From positions 3,965-67,964 of the forward strand of contig CAVGTC010000001.1 of NCBI GenBank assembly GCA_963632255.1: a DNA stretch of 64,000 nt, written 5' to 3'. This document shows positions 50,858 through 60,299 of the stretch, piece by piece. Numbering within the stretch: position 1 is the first letter of the stretch; every line of letters starts with the position of its first letter. The stretch comes from Lachnospiraceae bacterium. GTDB lineage: Bacteria; Bacteroidota; Bacteroidia; Bacteroidales; Bacteroidaceae. Made by a program: the position numbers and the translations under genes. Below the pieces are notes generated by a model. It was not told where the DNA came from, did not search any database, and saw nothing but the letters and a program-made list of their open reading frames with translations.

Positions 50858-51160
50858 TCAGGCGTCCACCGTCACGGCTAAACATATAAGGAGAATGAGG
50901 TAAGGTATCACGGTGGCGAAAGCGGCGGCGGCCGACACTATCGCCCAGAGCCGCGCCTTGCGCGAGGCATTCTCGGCCTGCGCGTACAGCCCTTGGGCGT
51001 GCAGCGTGCTTACCTGTGTGGCGTAAACAATGGACACCACGCCGAACGGCAGGCAGCACAGCACGGTGGTGAGTACCGCCCACACAAGGTAGGTGGCGGG
51101 GCAGGGCGGCATGCCGTCCTGCTTTTCCGCGTGGGTGTCGTGTCGTTTCTCCAAATCCAT
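50858..51160 (-). CDS. CD225/dispanin family membrane protein
   Basis: P.TYLVWAVLTTVLCCLPFGVVSIVYATQV......G.Y..A..AS..A. Confidence 0.85.
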   Translation of the reverse strand: MDLEKRHDTHAEKQDGMPPCPATYLVWAVLTTVLCCLPFGVVSIVYATQVSTLHAQGLYAQAENASRKARLWAIVSAAAAFATVIPYLILLICLAVTVDA

Positions 51161-51234
51161 GGGGCAGGGTATAGTTTCCGCGCCGGTCGCGGGTGTTTCA
51201 CGATTGATTATGGTGGAAATTTATAGCCCCCACC

Positions 51235-51762
51235 TTATGCAAGGCTGCCAAGACTGCCCAAAAGGGAGAGTCCGCCGCCTATGAAACAGGTCACGATGCC
51301 AAGGACAAAGGCCACAATCGTCCATTTCTTCGCCTCGTCGGAGGCCATCAGCGCAAGGTCGTACTTTCCTTGCTCGTACAGTGAAGTCACGTTGTTGCCT
51401 TTCACTATCGCCACGATGCCGAAGGGCAGGCAGCACAGCACGGTGGCCAGCACCGCCCACACCGTGTAGGTGGGCGGGCAGGGCGGCGCGGCGTGTGGTG
51501 CGGCGTTTTCCTTGAAAGTGGCGCCGTGCCATCCGTCGTGTGTCGTTCCCGCCGCGCCGGGGGGCGGGGGAGGGCACTGCGCCGCTTCGGGCGCGAGGAA
51601 GCCGTCAAGCTCGGGCAGCGTGCCGGCCTTTACCCAGTCGCTCAGCCCCGACCGCCACACGGCCGTGGCGGCGGTGACTCCGAGTCCCGCGAGCTGCGCG
51701 GCCTCCACGGGTCCTTGCTGCGTGTTGTTGTGGTCGAGGTAAAAATAGGCGTATGTGGCCAT
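51235..51762 (-). CDS. GYF_2 (DUF4339)-CD225/dispanin fusion protein
   Basis: QQGP...L....VW..GLSDW..A..LPEL then Pro-rich linker and VLCCLPFGIVAI. Confidence 0.8.
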   Translation of the reverse strand: MATYAYFYLDHNNTQQGPVEAAQLAGLGVTAATAVWRSGLSDWVKAGTLPELDGFLAPEAAQCPPPPPGAAGTTHDGWHGATFKENAAPHAAPPCPPTYTVWAVLATVLCCLPFGIVAIVKGNNVTSLYEQGKYDLALMASDEAKKWTIVAFVLGIVTCFIGGGLSLLGSLGSLA

Positions 51763-51851
51763 AGGGCGTGTCAGTTTTTCGGTGTTTGGTACTTGCGGCG
51801 CGGCGGCTCGCTTTTTGTGGTTCTGCAAGGGTGGCGGTGGCTGGCCTGCGG

Positions 51852-52277
51852 TTATATGCCCAGCACGTTGCGTGCCACGCCCCATATTGTGTAAAGCGTG
51901 AGGTAGAGCAGTACGGCCGTGCGCCCCTCCAGCACGGCACGCCATTTCTCGCGGCGCGCCCCCTGCGGCATCAGCTCCGCCGCAAGGAGCGCGCTGAGGT
52001 AGGGCAGGGAAATCAGCAGGAAAGGGTTGTAGCCCGCCGCCTCCGCCCAGCGGCCGTGAAGCATGGCATGCGCCGCGCGCTGCAGTCCGCAGCCGGGACA
52101 GCTCCACCCCGTGGCGAGGCGGAAGACGCAGCGCGGCGCGAGGTGGCTCTGCGCGGGATCCACCATGTAAAGGAAAACAGCCGCGCCCGTCAAAAGGGCG
52201 GCGGCGAGAAACCAGAGGGCGCGGCGGCGCGTGGGCGCGTATTGCGCGGCGGAGGTGTCAGTTTCGCGCTTTCCCAT
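51852..52277 (-). CDS. DUF2752 family membrane protein
   Basis: CVFRLATGWSCPGCGLQRA, YNP, WGVARN; start uncertain. Confidence 0.85.
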   Translation of the reverse strand: MGKRETDTSAAQYAPTRRRALWFLAAALLTGAAVFLYMVDPAQSHLAPRCVFRLATGWSCPGCGLQRAAHAMLHGRWAEAAGYNPFLLISLPYLSALLAAELMPQGARREKWRAVLEGRTAVLLYLTLYTIWGVARNVLGI

Positions 52278-52430
52278 TAACGTATGTGCCATTACACACG
52301 GCAAAAGTACGGAAAAAGCGAGGGCGTTTGCCGTCCGCCGCAAAAAAACTTAACTTTGCGCGAAAACCGCGCCCCTTGCAAGGGATTGCGCCCGGAAAAC
52401 GGCAAACTGCAAAGAACACACACCAGAAAA

Positions 52431-53702
52431 ATGGAAAGAGGAAAGGTAGACGCGCTGCTCGGCATCGTCTTCGGCGACGAGGGAAAGGGAAAGGTTGTGG
52501 ACTATTTCACCCCGCGCTATGACATCGTGGCGCGTTTCGCCGGCGGTCCCAACGCCGGGCATACCATCATCTTCGGCGGAAAGAAGTTTGTGCTCCGCTC
52601 CATCCCCTCCGGCGTCTTCGGAGAGGGGAAGGTCAACGTGATAGGCAACGGCTGCGTGATAGCCCCCGACCTCTTTATGGCCGAGGCACGCGAGCTTGAG
52701 GCCGCTGGCTATGACCTCACCGGCCGCCTGCACATCAGCCGCCGCGCCCACCTCATACTGCCCACCCACCGTGTGTTGGATCGCGCCTACGAGGCTGCCA
52801 AGGGAAAGAAAGCCGTTGGCACGACGGGCAAGGGCATCGGTCCCACGTACAGCGACAAGGCGGCCCGCGTGGGGCTGCGCGTGGGTGACATCCTGGGCAA
52901 CTTTCCGGAAAAATACGCCGCGCTCAAGGCACGCCACGAGCAGATACTGCGCGACCTGCACTACACCGACTACGACATCACGGCGGAGGAGGCTCTCTGG
53001 ATGGAGGGCGTGGAGTACATGCGCAAGTTCCGCCTCACCGACACGGAGTACGAGATAAACCGCGCCCTTGACGAGGGCAAGAGCGTGCTTGCCGAGGGGG
53101 CGCAGGGTTCGCTGCTCGACATCGACCACGGCACCTACCCTTACGTGTCGTCGTCAAGCACCACCTGCGGCGGCGTGTGTACGGGACTTGGTGTCGCGCC
53201 GCGCTCGCTGGGACGTGTCTTCGGCATCTTCAAGGCTTACAGCACCCGCGTGGGCGGCGGCCCGTTCCCCGTCGAGCTTTTTGACGGGACGGGCGACACG
53301 ATACGCCGCATAGGCAACGAGTACGGAGCCGTGACGGGGCGCAACCGCCGCTGCGGCTGGCTTGACCTTGTCGCGCTGAAATACGCCATCATGGTGAACG
53401 GCGTGACCGACCTCGTGATGATGAAGGGCGACGTGCTTGACAATTTCGCCACCATAAAGGTTTGTACCGCCTACACCAAGGACGGCGGGACCGTCACCGA
53501 GATGCCCTACGACACGGAGGGCTGGCAACCGGTGTACACCGAGCTGCCCGGCTGGGAGACCGACCTCACCGGCGTGCGCTCGGAGGACGCTTTCCCCAAG
53601 GCTTTCGCCGACTACATAGCCTATATAGAGAAAGAGACGGGCACGCGCGTGGCGATTGTGTCCGTGGGACCCGACCGCGAGGCCACCATCGTGCGCGGGT
53701 AG
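52431..53702 (+). CDS. purA: Adenylosuccinate synthetase
   Basis: GDEGKGK, GGPNAGHT, GTTGKGIGPTY, EGAQG, GRNRRCGW. Confidence 0.97.
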   Translation: MERGKVDALLGIVFGDEGKGKVVDYFTPRYDIVARFAGGPNAGHTIIFGGKKFVLRSIPSGVFGEGKVNVIGNGCVIAPDLFMAEARELEAAGYDLTGRLHISRRAHLILPTHRVLDRAYEAAKGKKAVGTTGKGIGPTYSDKAARVGLRVGDILGNFPEKYAALKARHEQILRDLHYTDYDITAEEALWMEGVEYMRKFRLTDTEYEINRALDEGKSVLAEGAQGSLLDIDHGTYPYVSSSSTTCGGVCTGLGVAPRSLGRVFGIFKAYSTRVGGGPFPVELFDGTGDTIRRIGNEYGAVTGRNRRCGWLDLVALKYAIMVNGVTDLVMMKGDVLDNFATIKVCTAYTKDGGTVTEMPYDTEGWQPVYTELPGWETDLTGVRSEDAFPKAFADYIAYIEKETGTRVAIVSVGPDREATIVRG

Positions 53703-53705
53703 CGC

Positions 53706-54332
53706 ATGGACACGATGGCAGAAATGGAATACCAACAACCGCAACAGCATACTCCAATGGCCTCTCCCTCGCTTACCCCGTCCCAGGCTTTCTCGCACGC
53801 TTTCGCAAGGATAGCCCAGCTGAAAGGGCGCAGCCGCCGCAGCGAGTACTGGTGGGTTTCGGGGCTTCACATCGTCATGTTTGTGCTTTGTCCGCCGCAG
53901 GTGAGCATGGTGATGGGCATCGTGACGACACCCCTTGCCGTGCGCAGGTTGCACGACACGGGGCGCAGCGGGTGGCTGCTTGTGTGGAACTGGCTCTTCG
54001 CCTTCGTCCTCATCCTTGTCGCGCTGGCTTTCTCGCTCACCGTCGCGGCCGACTATGTCTGTGTGCCGGTTGAGGAGGCTCTCAACGAAGGCAAGGACGG
54101 CGTGGACACGCTGCTTGTCGTGGGATGGGACGCGTTGCTCAAGGCGGGGCTGCCGGCTGTGGTGGCGAGGTACAAGCTGTTTTTTGCGGTGTACGGTGTA
54201 TTCCTGCTTGCCTATTGGGGCTACACCACCTTTATCTACGGCTGTATGTGCAAGGACAGCATACCGTGCGCCAACCGTTACGGCGCGTCGCCAAAGTATA
54301 CACCGGGCTCACCCGCCGCCCCTGCGGCGTAG
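53706..54332 (+). CDS. DUF805 family membrane protein
   Basis: GRSRRSEYWW, AVRRLHDTGRSGW, NRYGASP. Confidence 0.88.
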   Translation: MDTMAEMEYQQPQQHTPMASPSLTPSQAFSHAFARIAQLKGRSRRSEYWWVSGLHIVMFVLCPPQVSMVMGIVTTPLAVRRLHDTGRSGWLLVWNWLFAFVLILVALAFSLTVAADYVCVPVEEALNEGKDGVDTLLVVGWDALLKAGLPAVVARYKLFFAVYGVFLLAYWGYTTFIYGCMCKDSIPCANRYGASPKYTPGSPAAPAA

Positions 54333-54479
54333 GATTTCCGGAGGGGAGGCTTTGGCGTGCTTCGTGTCCTTGCCCTGCGCGGTTTCTGCGTGTTTGTGAG
54401 AAAAAACGCCGTAAAGTTTTGCCCGTTTCACGGAAAACAAATACTTTTGCAACGCTTTTCCGAAAGGATAGGCTTATAT

Positions 54480-54554
54480 GGTGCTTATAGTTCAGTTGGT
54501 TAGAGCGTCAGATTGTGGTTCTGAATGTCGTGGGTTCGAGTCCCACTAAGCACC
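54480..54554 (+). tRNA. tRNA-His(GTG)
   Basis: G-1 plus GTGCTTA/TAAGCAC acceptor, TCAGA-TTGTGGT-TCTGA anticodon arm, GGTTCGAGTCC; terminator-like hairpin at about 54574-54612. Confidence 0.95.
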
Positions 54555-54809
54555 CAACAAGGACAAAGGACAGAAAAGGCGGAGGTTTGCCATACGGCAT
54601 TCCTCCGCCTTTAGCTTTGTTGTGTCTTCTAGTCCGCCGCGGCACACGGGGGAGCCGGTCACGTCGTAGTCCTGCGGCTCGCAAGTCCCCACGAAGGTGC
54701 AGCCCGTACCGTGCCGCTCACTGCGAATGGTGGCGCGAAAGTGAAAAACCCTTAGGCTTGCCCGGCTCTTACGGCGGAATCCGTTACATTTGCCTTACAA
54801 TCATTAAAG

Positions 54810-55463
54810 ATGGAGAACACCACACAGACCGCCCCGCAGCCCTCGGCGGACGACACCGCCGCGTGGCTGAGGCTTGTCAAGCGCTCGCTGCGCGGCATGA
54901 TGAACGGTCCCGTTAGCGCGTCCATGCGGGAGAAAGGTCTGGCGTACAAGGTTATATTCGGCGTTGAGCTGCCGCGCCTCCAGCGTTTCGGGGAGGAGCT
55001 GCCGCACACCTACGCCCTCGCCGCCGCCCTGTGGCGCGAGGACATACGCGAGTGCCGCCTGCTGGCGGGGATGGTGATGCCGCCCCGCAGCTTCGACGCC
55101 GGGCTCGCCGCGCTTTGGACGGAGCAGATGCGCTTCACGGAGGAGGCGGAGTGTACGGTGATGCACCTCTTCTGCCGCCTGCCCGAGGCTTCCACGCTGG
55201 CTTACACGTGGATAGCCCGCGAGGAGCGGATGTACGCGCTGTGCGGCTACCTCCTGCTTGCCCGCCTCTTTATGGGCGGTGCGGAGCCGGGGCAGCGTGA
55301 CACGGACGAGTTTCTCGACCAGGCGCAATCCGCCCTGCGCGGCGGTGACTCCGCGGTCAGCCGCGCGGCGGGCAAGGCGTTGCTCAAGTTTATGGACCTC
55401 GGCAAGAGGCAGGAGGCGGCCGGCGAAAGGCTGCTGCGCGGTCTCGCGGGGGATGGAAAGTAG
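54810..55463 (+). CDS. DNA alkylation repair (AlkD-like HEAT) protein
   Basis: MNG.VS.SMREKG..YK..FGV.LP.L and LW....RECRLLA pattern. Confidence 0.7.
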   Translation: MENTTQTAPQPSADDTAAWLRLVKRSLRGMMNGPVSASMREKGLAYKVIFGVELPRLQRFGEELPHTYALAAALWREDIRECRLLAGMVMPPRSFDAGLAALWTEQMRFTEEAECTVMHLFCRLPEASTLAYTWIAREERMYALCGYLLLARLFMGGAEPGQRDTDEFLDQAQSALRGGDSAVSRAAGKALLKFMDLGKRQEAAGERLLRGLAGDGK

Positions 55464-55508
55464 TAAAGGTGGGAATTTTTAGAACCCACCTAAAACCAAG
55501 CACAAGAT

Positions 55509-56486
55509 ATGCAAGCACTGAAATTCAGCCCTATCCTTAAAACCACCATTTGGGGCGGTGAGGAGGTGACGCGCCTGAAAGGGCTGGCCGCCGCGCCGCG
55601 GAAAGTGGGGGAGAGCTGGGAGGTGTCCGGCGTGCCGGGCAACGAGACACCCGTGTCCGAAGGCCCGCTCAAGGGAAAGACGCTCCCCGAGCTGATACGC
55701 ACCTACGGCGCGGAGCTGGTGGGCGAGGAAAACCTGCGCCGCTACGGCGAGACGTTCCCTCTGCTTGTCAAGTTCATCTCCGCCGCGCAGGATCTCAGCA
55801 TTCAGGTGCATCCCGACGATGCCATGGCGCAGCGTATGGGGCATCCCTACGGCAAGACAGAGATGTGGTACATCGTCTCGGCGGCGGCGGGCGCGTCACT
55901 CTGTTCGGGCTTCAACGCCGACTTCTCCGCCGAGGGCTACACCCGCAGCCTTGAGAACGGCACGCTGACGCAGCACCTCAGCCGCCACGCCACGCACGCA
56001 GGTGATGTCTTTTTCATCCCCGCCGGACGCATACACAGCATCGGCGCGGGCAACCTGCTTGTCGAGATACAGCAGAGCAGCAACGACACTTTCCGCGTGT
56101 ACGACTTCGACCGCCGCGACGCCAACGGCAACAAGCGCGAGCTGCATGTGGCGCAGGCCCGCGAGGCACTCGACTACAAGGCGTGCGCCGACTACCGCAC
56201 GCACTACACCCCGTGCCGCAACGCCGCCGTCACGGTGGTGGACTGCCCGCAGTTCACCACGCGCCTTTACGATATGGACGCGCCCATTCCGGCTGACTAC
56301 ACGGGTCTTGACTCTTTCGTCATCCTCGTGGCTTTCGAGGGGGCGGCGGAGGTGGACTATGACGGCGGCACCGCCACACTGCGTGCCGGCGAGAGCCTCC
56401 TGCTGCCCGCCACCAACGGTCACGCCATTTTCCGTCCCGCCGGCGGCGGCTGCAAGGTGATAGAGACCTTCTGCCGCCCGCAGTGA
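55509..56486 (+). CDS. manA: Mannose-6-phosphate isomerase, class I
   Basis: IWGG, GESWE, FPLLVKFI, LSIQVHPDD, GKTEMWY, EIQQSS. Confidence 0.9.
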   Translation: MQALKFSPILKTTIWGGEEVTRLKGLAAAPRKVGESWEVSGVPGNETPVSEGPLKGKTLPELIRTYGAELVGEENLRRYGETFPLLVKFISAAQDLSIQVHPDDAMAQRMGHPYGKTEMWYIVSAAAGASLCSGFNADFSAEGYTRSLENGTLTQHLSRHATHAGDVFFIPAGRIHSIGAGNLLVEIQQSSNDTFRVYDFDRRDANGNKRELHVAQAREALDYKACADYRTHYTPCRNAAVTVVDCPQFTTRLYDMDAPIPADYTGLDSFVILVAFEGAAEVDYDGGTATLRAGESLLLPATNGHAIFRPAGGGCKVIETFCRPQ

Positions 56487-56658
56487 CGTGGCGCGGCGTG
56501 CCGTGCCCGCTCCACCCGGTTGTCCGCAGCCCTTTCCCTGCAAAAGGTACGTCCCCCCCCCCTTGCTTTGCGGGCTGTACGGCGGCAGTTACACGCGCTT
56601 TCCGCATTTCTTCTTTGTGTCTAACCTTATTTAATCACCCTCAAATCCCTTTACACTT

Positions 56659-57115
56659 ATGACACTCTCAGAGTCAGTCAAAACCGTCCTGCATGACAAG
56701 TACGCCACGTTCACCGGCCGCGCCAGCCGATCCGAGTATTGGTGGTTTGTTCTCTTCAATTGTATAATTGGGGGTCGCCCTATTAGTTCTCGGTGTGATT
56801 ATCGGCGCGATGTTCGGCTTTTCCGCCAGCGGCATATGCGGAAGCCGGATGGCGGAGTGCGGACTGGCTGGCCTCGGCATCGGTGTCCTCATCGGCTATG
56901 TGCTTATGATTATTTACGGACTTGCCGTGCTTGTACCCTCCATTGCCGTTGTGGTGCGCCGCCTGCATGACACAGGTCACAGCGGCTGGTGGTATCTCAT
57001 CTCCTTTGTTCCTTACGTTGGCGGCATAGTCCTCTTTGTCTTCTTGCTGCTTGCGTCCACTCCCGGAGACAATGTCTACGGTCCCAACCCCTGCGACACG
57101 CCCGAGGGCGAATAA
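56659..57115 (+). pseudogene. DUF805 family gene split by a +1 frameshift in a G5 run (56770-56774)
   Basis: First frame gives GRASRSEYWW; second frame continues GVALLVLG...VRRLHDTGHSGWW...NVYGPNP. Confidence 0.8.
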
Positions 57116-57312
57116 TCCGGTATAATCCATCCCGTAAAAACTACACAGCCGCCCGCCTTGACTGGTGGGCGGCTGTTTCTTTCACTATCAGTCTTTTGGG
57201 GCGAAGCCGTCCCGCCCGTTCCGTGAGCTTGCCACCGGCATCCGTCCGCGTACCCGTCCGGCGGCTGCACCGCCCTCACACATATATATAATAAGGTGTG
57301 CCCGCCCTGTGT

Positions 57313-57440
57313 GTATGCAAAGAGAGCGGCTCCGCCCGCAATGGGCAGAGCCGCTCCCTTTATCATAATCAACTATGGCATTTCGGTCGCCGCCCCTCCG
57401 TGTCCCGCCGGAAGCGTGCCGCGCCGGGGCTGTCGTAACC
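57313..57440 (-). ncRNA. Candidate small RNA (about 125 nt)
   Basis: Minus-strand TTTG (57473-57476), 19 nt, TACATTTG (57446-57453); ends in GAGCGGCTC..GAGCCGCTC hairpin followed by TCTTT. Confidence 0.5.
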
Positions 57441-57769
57441 ATATGCAAATGTAAGCCAAAAGTGCCTTGCGGCAAAATAAATGGACGGTTTATCGGACTA
57501 AATCTTTCTTTTTGTCAACAAACGCTGGCTGCGGCTGTCAAGAGCCAAGATATTTCCCCAACAGAAACTTGCGGATGTCCGCGAATGACGCAGACTCGTC
57601 CAGCATCTCGGAAAGCCCGTTGCCGGATTGTGAGCTCCGGCTTTGCCCGTCTCGCTAATAGTTGCTACGCGCGGCGGGGAACGGGCGGCCAAGGGCTGAA
57701 AGGAATTTCGTACTTTTGCCGCTGAGCATACAAACCAAAGGAAAAAACTGCAAGCAAATGACGATACAC

Positions 57770-58330
57770 ATGATGAAGAGAACGCTCGCGGCGGCCGCCG
57801 CCGCGCTTATCGTGGCCACCGGCTGCGCCAAACGCCCCGCCGCGAACACCGGAGCCGCACAGACCGCCACGCAGGAAGCCGCCGCCGACAGCGCGGAGTA
57901 CACGGTGAAGACCATCCCCGCCACCGTGCGCGGGGCGGACATACTGCCCGCCATCGCCGCCAACTACAAAGGGCGCGTGGCGCTTATAGACTTTTGGGCG
58001 ACGTGGTGCGGACCCTGCCGCATGGCTATGAAGCAGGTTGACACCATCAAGCCCGCGCTGGCGGAGAAAGGCTGCGCCTTTGTCTACGTCACCGGCGAGA
58101 CATCGCCCCTGGCCGACTGGCAGCGGATGATTCCCGCCATCGCCGGCGACCACTACCGCCTCACCGATGCCCAGTGGGGCGAGCTTTGCCGCGAGCTGGG
58201 CATTTCGGGCATACCCTCCTACCTGCTTCTTGACAAGAGCGGCAACACCGCTTACGACAACATTGCCGAGGGCGGCTACCCCGGCAACGAGAAACTGCAG
58301 AACAACATAGAGGTGGCGCTCACCAAGTAG
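57770..58330 (+). CDS. TlpA/thioredoxin-like lipoprotein
   Basis: Lipobox VATGC, IDFWATWCGPC, GIPSYLLLD; start could be 57758 or 57773. Confidence 0.88.
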   Translation: MMKRTLAAAAAALIVATGCAKRPAANTGAAQTATQEAAADSAEYTVKTIPATVRGADILPAIAANYKGRVALIDFWATWCGPCRMAMKQVDTIKPALAEKGCAFVYVTGETSPLADWQRMIPAIAGDHYRLTDAQWGELCRELGISGIPSYLLLDKSGNTAYDNIAEGGYPGNEKLQNNIEVALTK

Positions 58331-58358
58331 TACGCCCCGTCCCCTCCCGCACCACCTT

Positions 58359-59177
58359 ATGGCAAGAAAGAAGAAAAACGGACTCTCCGCCGCGCTGCTT
58401 GTTGCGGGCGTGCTGTTGCTGGGTGTCTGGGCGAAATCGGTCCCGGGCTGCAACGCCCGCACCGGTTCGGACACGGTGCCCGCTGCGGCGGCAGTGCCCG
58501 AGGGCGTGGAGATACCCCGCTACGAGAGCAGTCGCGGCGGGCAGACCATCAGCCACACGGGCTTCACGCTCTCCTACGACGCCGACTACAAGACACCACA
58601 GTGGGTGGCGTGGACGCTGACGCGCGAAAAGGCGCAGGGCACGGTGAAGCGCAGCGACTCGTTTGAACCCGACCCCGAGGTGCGCGGCGCGAAAGCCTAC
58701 ACCACCGACTACACGGGTTCGGGCTACGACCGCGGACACATGGCGCCGGCGGGCGACATGAAATGGGACAGGCGGGCGATGGAGGAGTCGTTTTACCTCA
58801 GCAACGTGTGCCCGCAAAACCGCAACCTCAACCGGGGCGACTGGAAGAAGCTTGAAGAGCAGGAGCGCCAGTGGGCGGAGCGCTTCGGCAGCGTGAGCAT
58901 CGCGGCGGGCCCCATGTACGCCACCCCCGCCCCCGCCCGCATAGGAGCCAACAAGGTGGCCGTGCCCGACGCCTTCTTCAAGGTGCTGCTTGTGGGCTAC
59001 CCCGACGAGCCGCGCGCCTACGGCTTTGTCTTCCGCAACGAGGCCGGCAGCCACCCGCTCACCTACTACCAGCTGAGCGTGGACGAGGTGGAGCAGCGCA
59101 CGGGCATGGACTTCTTCCCGTCGCTGCCGGACGACGTGGAGCAGCGCATCGAGGCGGAGACACCCGCCCTGCCGTAA
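58359..59177 (+). CDS. DNA/RNA non-specific endonuclease (membrane-anchored)
   Basis: N-terminal TM segment, GYDRGHMAPA, SFYLSNVCPQ, NRGDW..LE, VPDAFFK. Confidence 0.92.
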   Translation: MARKKKNGLSAALLVAGVLLLGVWAKSVPGCNARTGSDTVPAAAAVPEGVEIPRYESSRGGQTISHTGFTLSYDADYKTPQWVAWTLTREKAQGTVKRSDSFEPDPEVRGAKAYTTDYTGSGYDRGHMAPAGDMKWDRRAMEESFYLSNVCPQNRNLNRGDWKKLEEQERQWAERFGSVSIAAGPMYATPAPARIGANKVAVPDAFFKVLLVGYPDEPRAYGFVFRNEAGSHPLTYYQLSVDEVEQRTGMDFFPSLPDDVEQRIEAETPALP

Positions 59178-59266
59178 GTCCGCTGCCCGCGCCGGTGCGT
59201 GTTGTGCGCATTTTAATTGCTATTTTTGCGGATGGAAAGGCGGGCTGAGCCGAGCAAAGAGGAAAA

Positions 59267-59674
59267 ATGAAGCAGCACACGTTTAAGAAACCCGAGCACC
59301 TCTGCCTCCAGACGGAGATAGAGGCACTTTTCGCGCCGGGCAGCCCGTCTGTGTCGGTGTATCCTGTGCGGGCGGTTTTCCGCGTACTGCCCTATGGCGG
59401 GCGCGGCCCGCGCGTGAAAGTGCTGCTCAGCGTTTCGAAGCGCCGCCTGCGCCACGCCGTTGACCGCAACCGCGCCAAGCGCCAGTTGCGCGAGGCGTAC
59501 CGCTTGCAAAAACGCCTGCTTTGGGACGTGCTGCCAGCGGGGGCGGCCGCGCACGTCGCTTTCATCTGGCTTGCCGACCACACCAAGGAGACGCCGCGCG
59601 TGCAGCGCAGTGTCGGCACCCTTTTGCAGCGCATCGGCGAAAAGTGCGCAAAGGCGGCCGCCGTCCCCGAGTAG
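59267..59674 (+). CDS. rnpA: Ribonuclease P protein component
   Basis: SVSKRRLRHAVDRNRAKRQLREAYR RNR motif. Confidence 0.9.
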   Translation: MKQHTFKKPEHLCLQTEIEALFAPGSPSVSVYPVRAVFRVLPYGGRGPRVKVLLSVSKRRLRHAVDRNRAKRQLREAYRLQKRLLWDVLPAGAAAHVAFIWLADHTKETPRVQRSVGTLLQRIGEKCAKAAAVPE

Positions 59675-59776
59675 TTTTTGCGGCAGTCGTGCAAATTGGC
59701 TTTGGCACGCCATTCGGTGGCAATTTATAAGCCCCGCCGTTTGCGCAGCCCGTTCACCCCAATCCAATATGAGGCA

Positions 59777-59998
59777 ATGGAAAATCCGCTCACCACGCTG
59801 CTCATACTCCCCATCCGTTTCTACCAGCGTTTTGTCTCACCCCTCACGCCGCCCGTGTGCCGTTTCACCCCCACCTGCTCGCAGTATGCCGTGGAGGCGC
59901 TGCGCAAGCACGGACCCGTGAAAGGGCTTTACCTTGCCGTGCGCCGCATTTTGCGTTGCCACCCGTGGGGCGGGAGCGGATACGACCCCGTGCCGTAG
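59777..59998 (+). CDS. yidD: Membrane protein insertion efficiency factor
   Basis: [34 protein letters not shown]. Confidence 0.95.
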   Translation: MENPLTTLLILPIRFYQRFVSPLTPPVCRFTPTCSQYAVEALRKHGPVKGLYLAVRRILRCHPWGGSGYDPVP

Positions 59999-60132
59999 GC
60001 GGCGTGGTGCTGTCGGCGAGGTTTTTTACAGCGGAGAACCTTGTCTTTTGTGACGAAATTTTGAAACGCGTCGCCCCAAAAGATTTATGAAAGTTTAACG
60101 GTGTCCGACACCGGCGGCGGGCGTGTTTGGGG

Positions 60133-60299
60133 CAAGCCGCACCTCAGTGACAAGATGCCGCGGTATTCCGTGGGCCAAGTGCAGGTATTTTGACTCGTAA
60201 GTGGCTGAAAATCAATATAGGCAAAAATATAGGGACATTCCTCGCGGGATGTCCCTATCTTGTAGTACAAAGATAATACATTTTCGGGCGTTTTGCAAA
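60133..60299 (-). repeat. Dispersed promoter-hairpin element, copy 4 (short form)
   Basis: Core matches copies 1-3; TATCTTTG at 60268-60275 and TTTG at 60296-60299 on minus strand. Confidence 0.9.

Noticed and set aside
57560..57670. Possible cobalamin riboswitch fragment (GCCGGA...TCCGGC hairpin)
   Set aside because: No recognisable GGGAA/B12-box elements and no downstream B12 gene in that orientation
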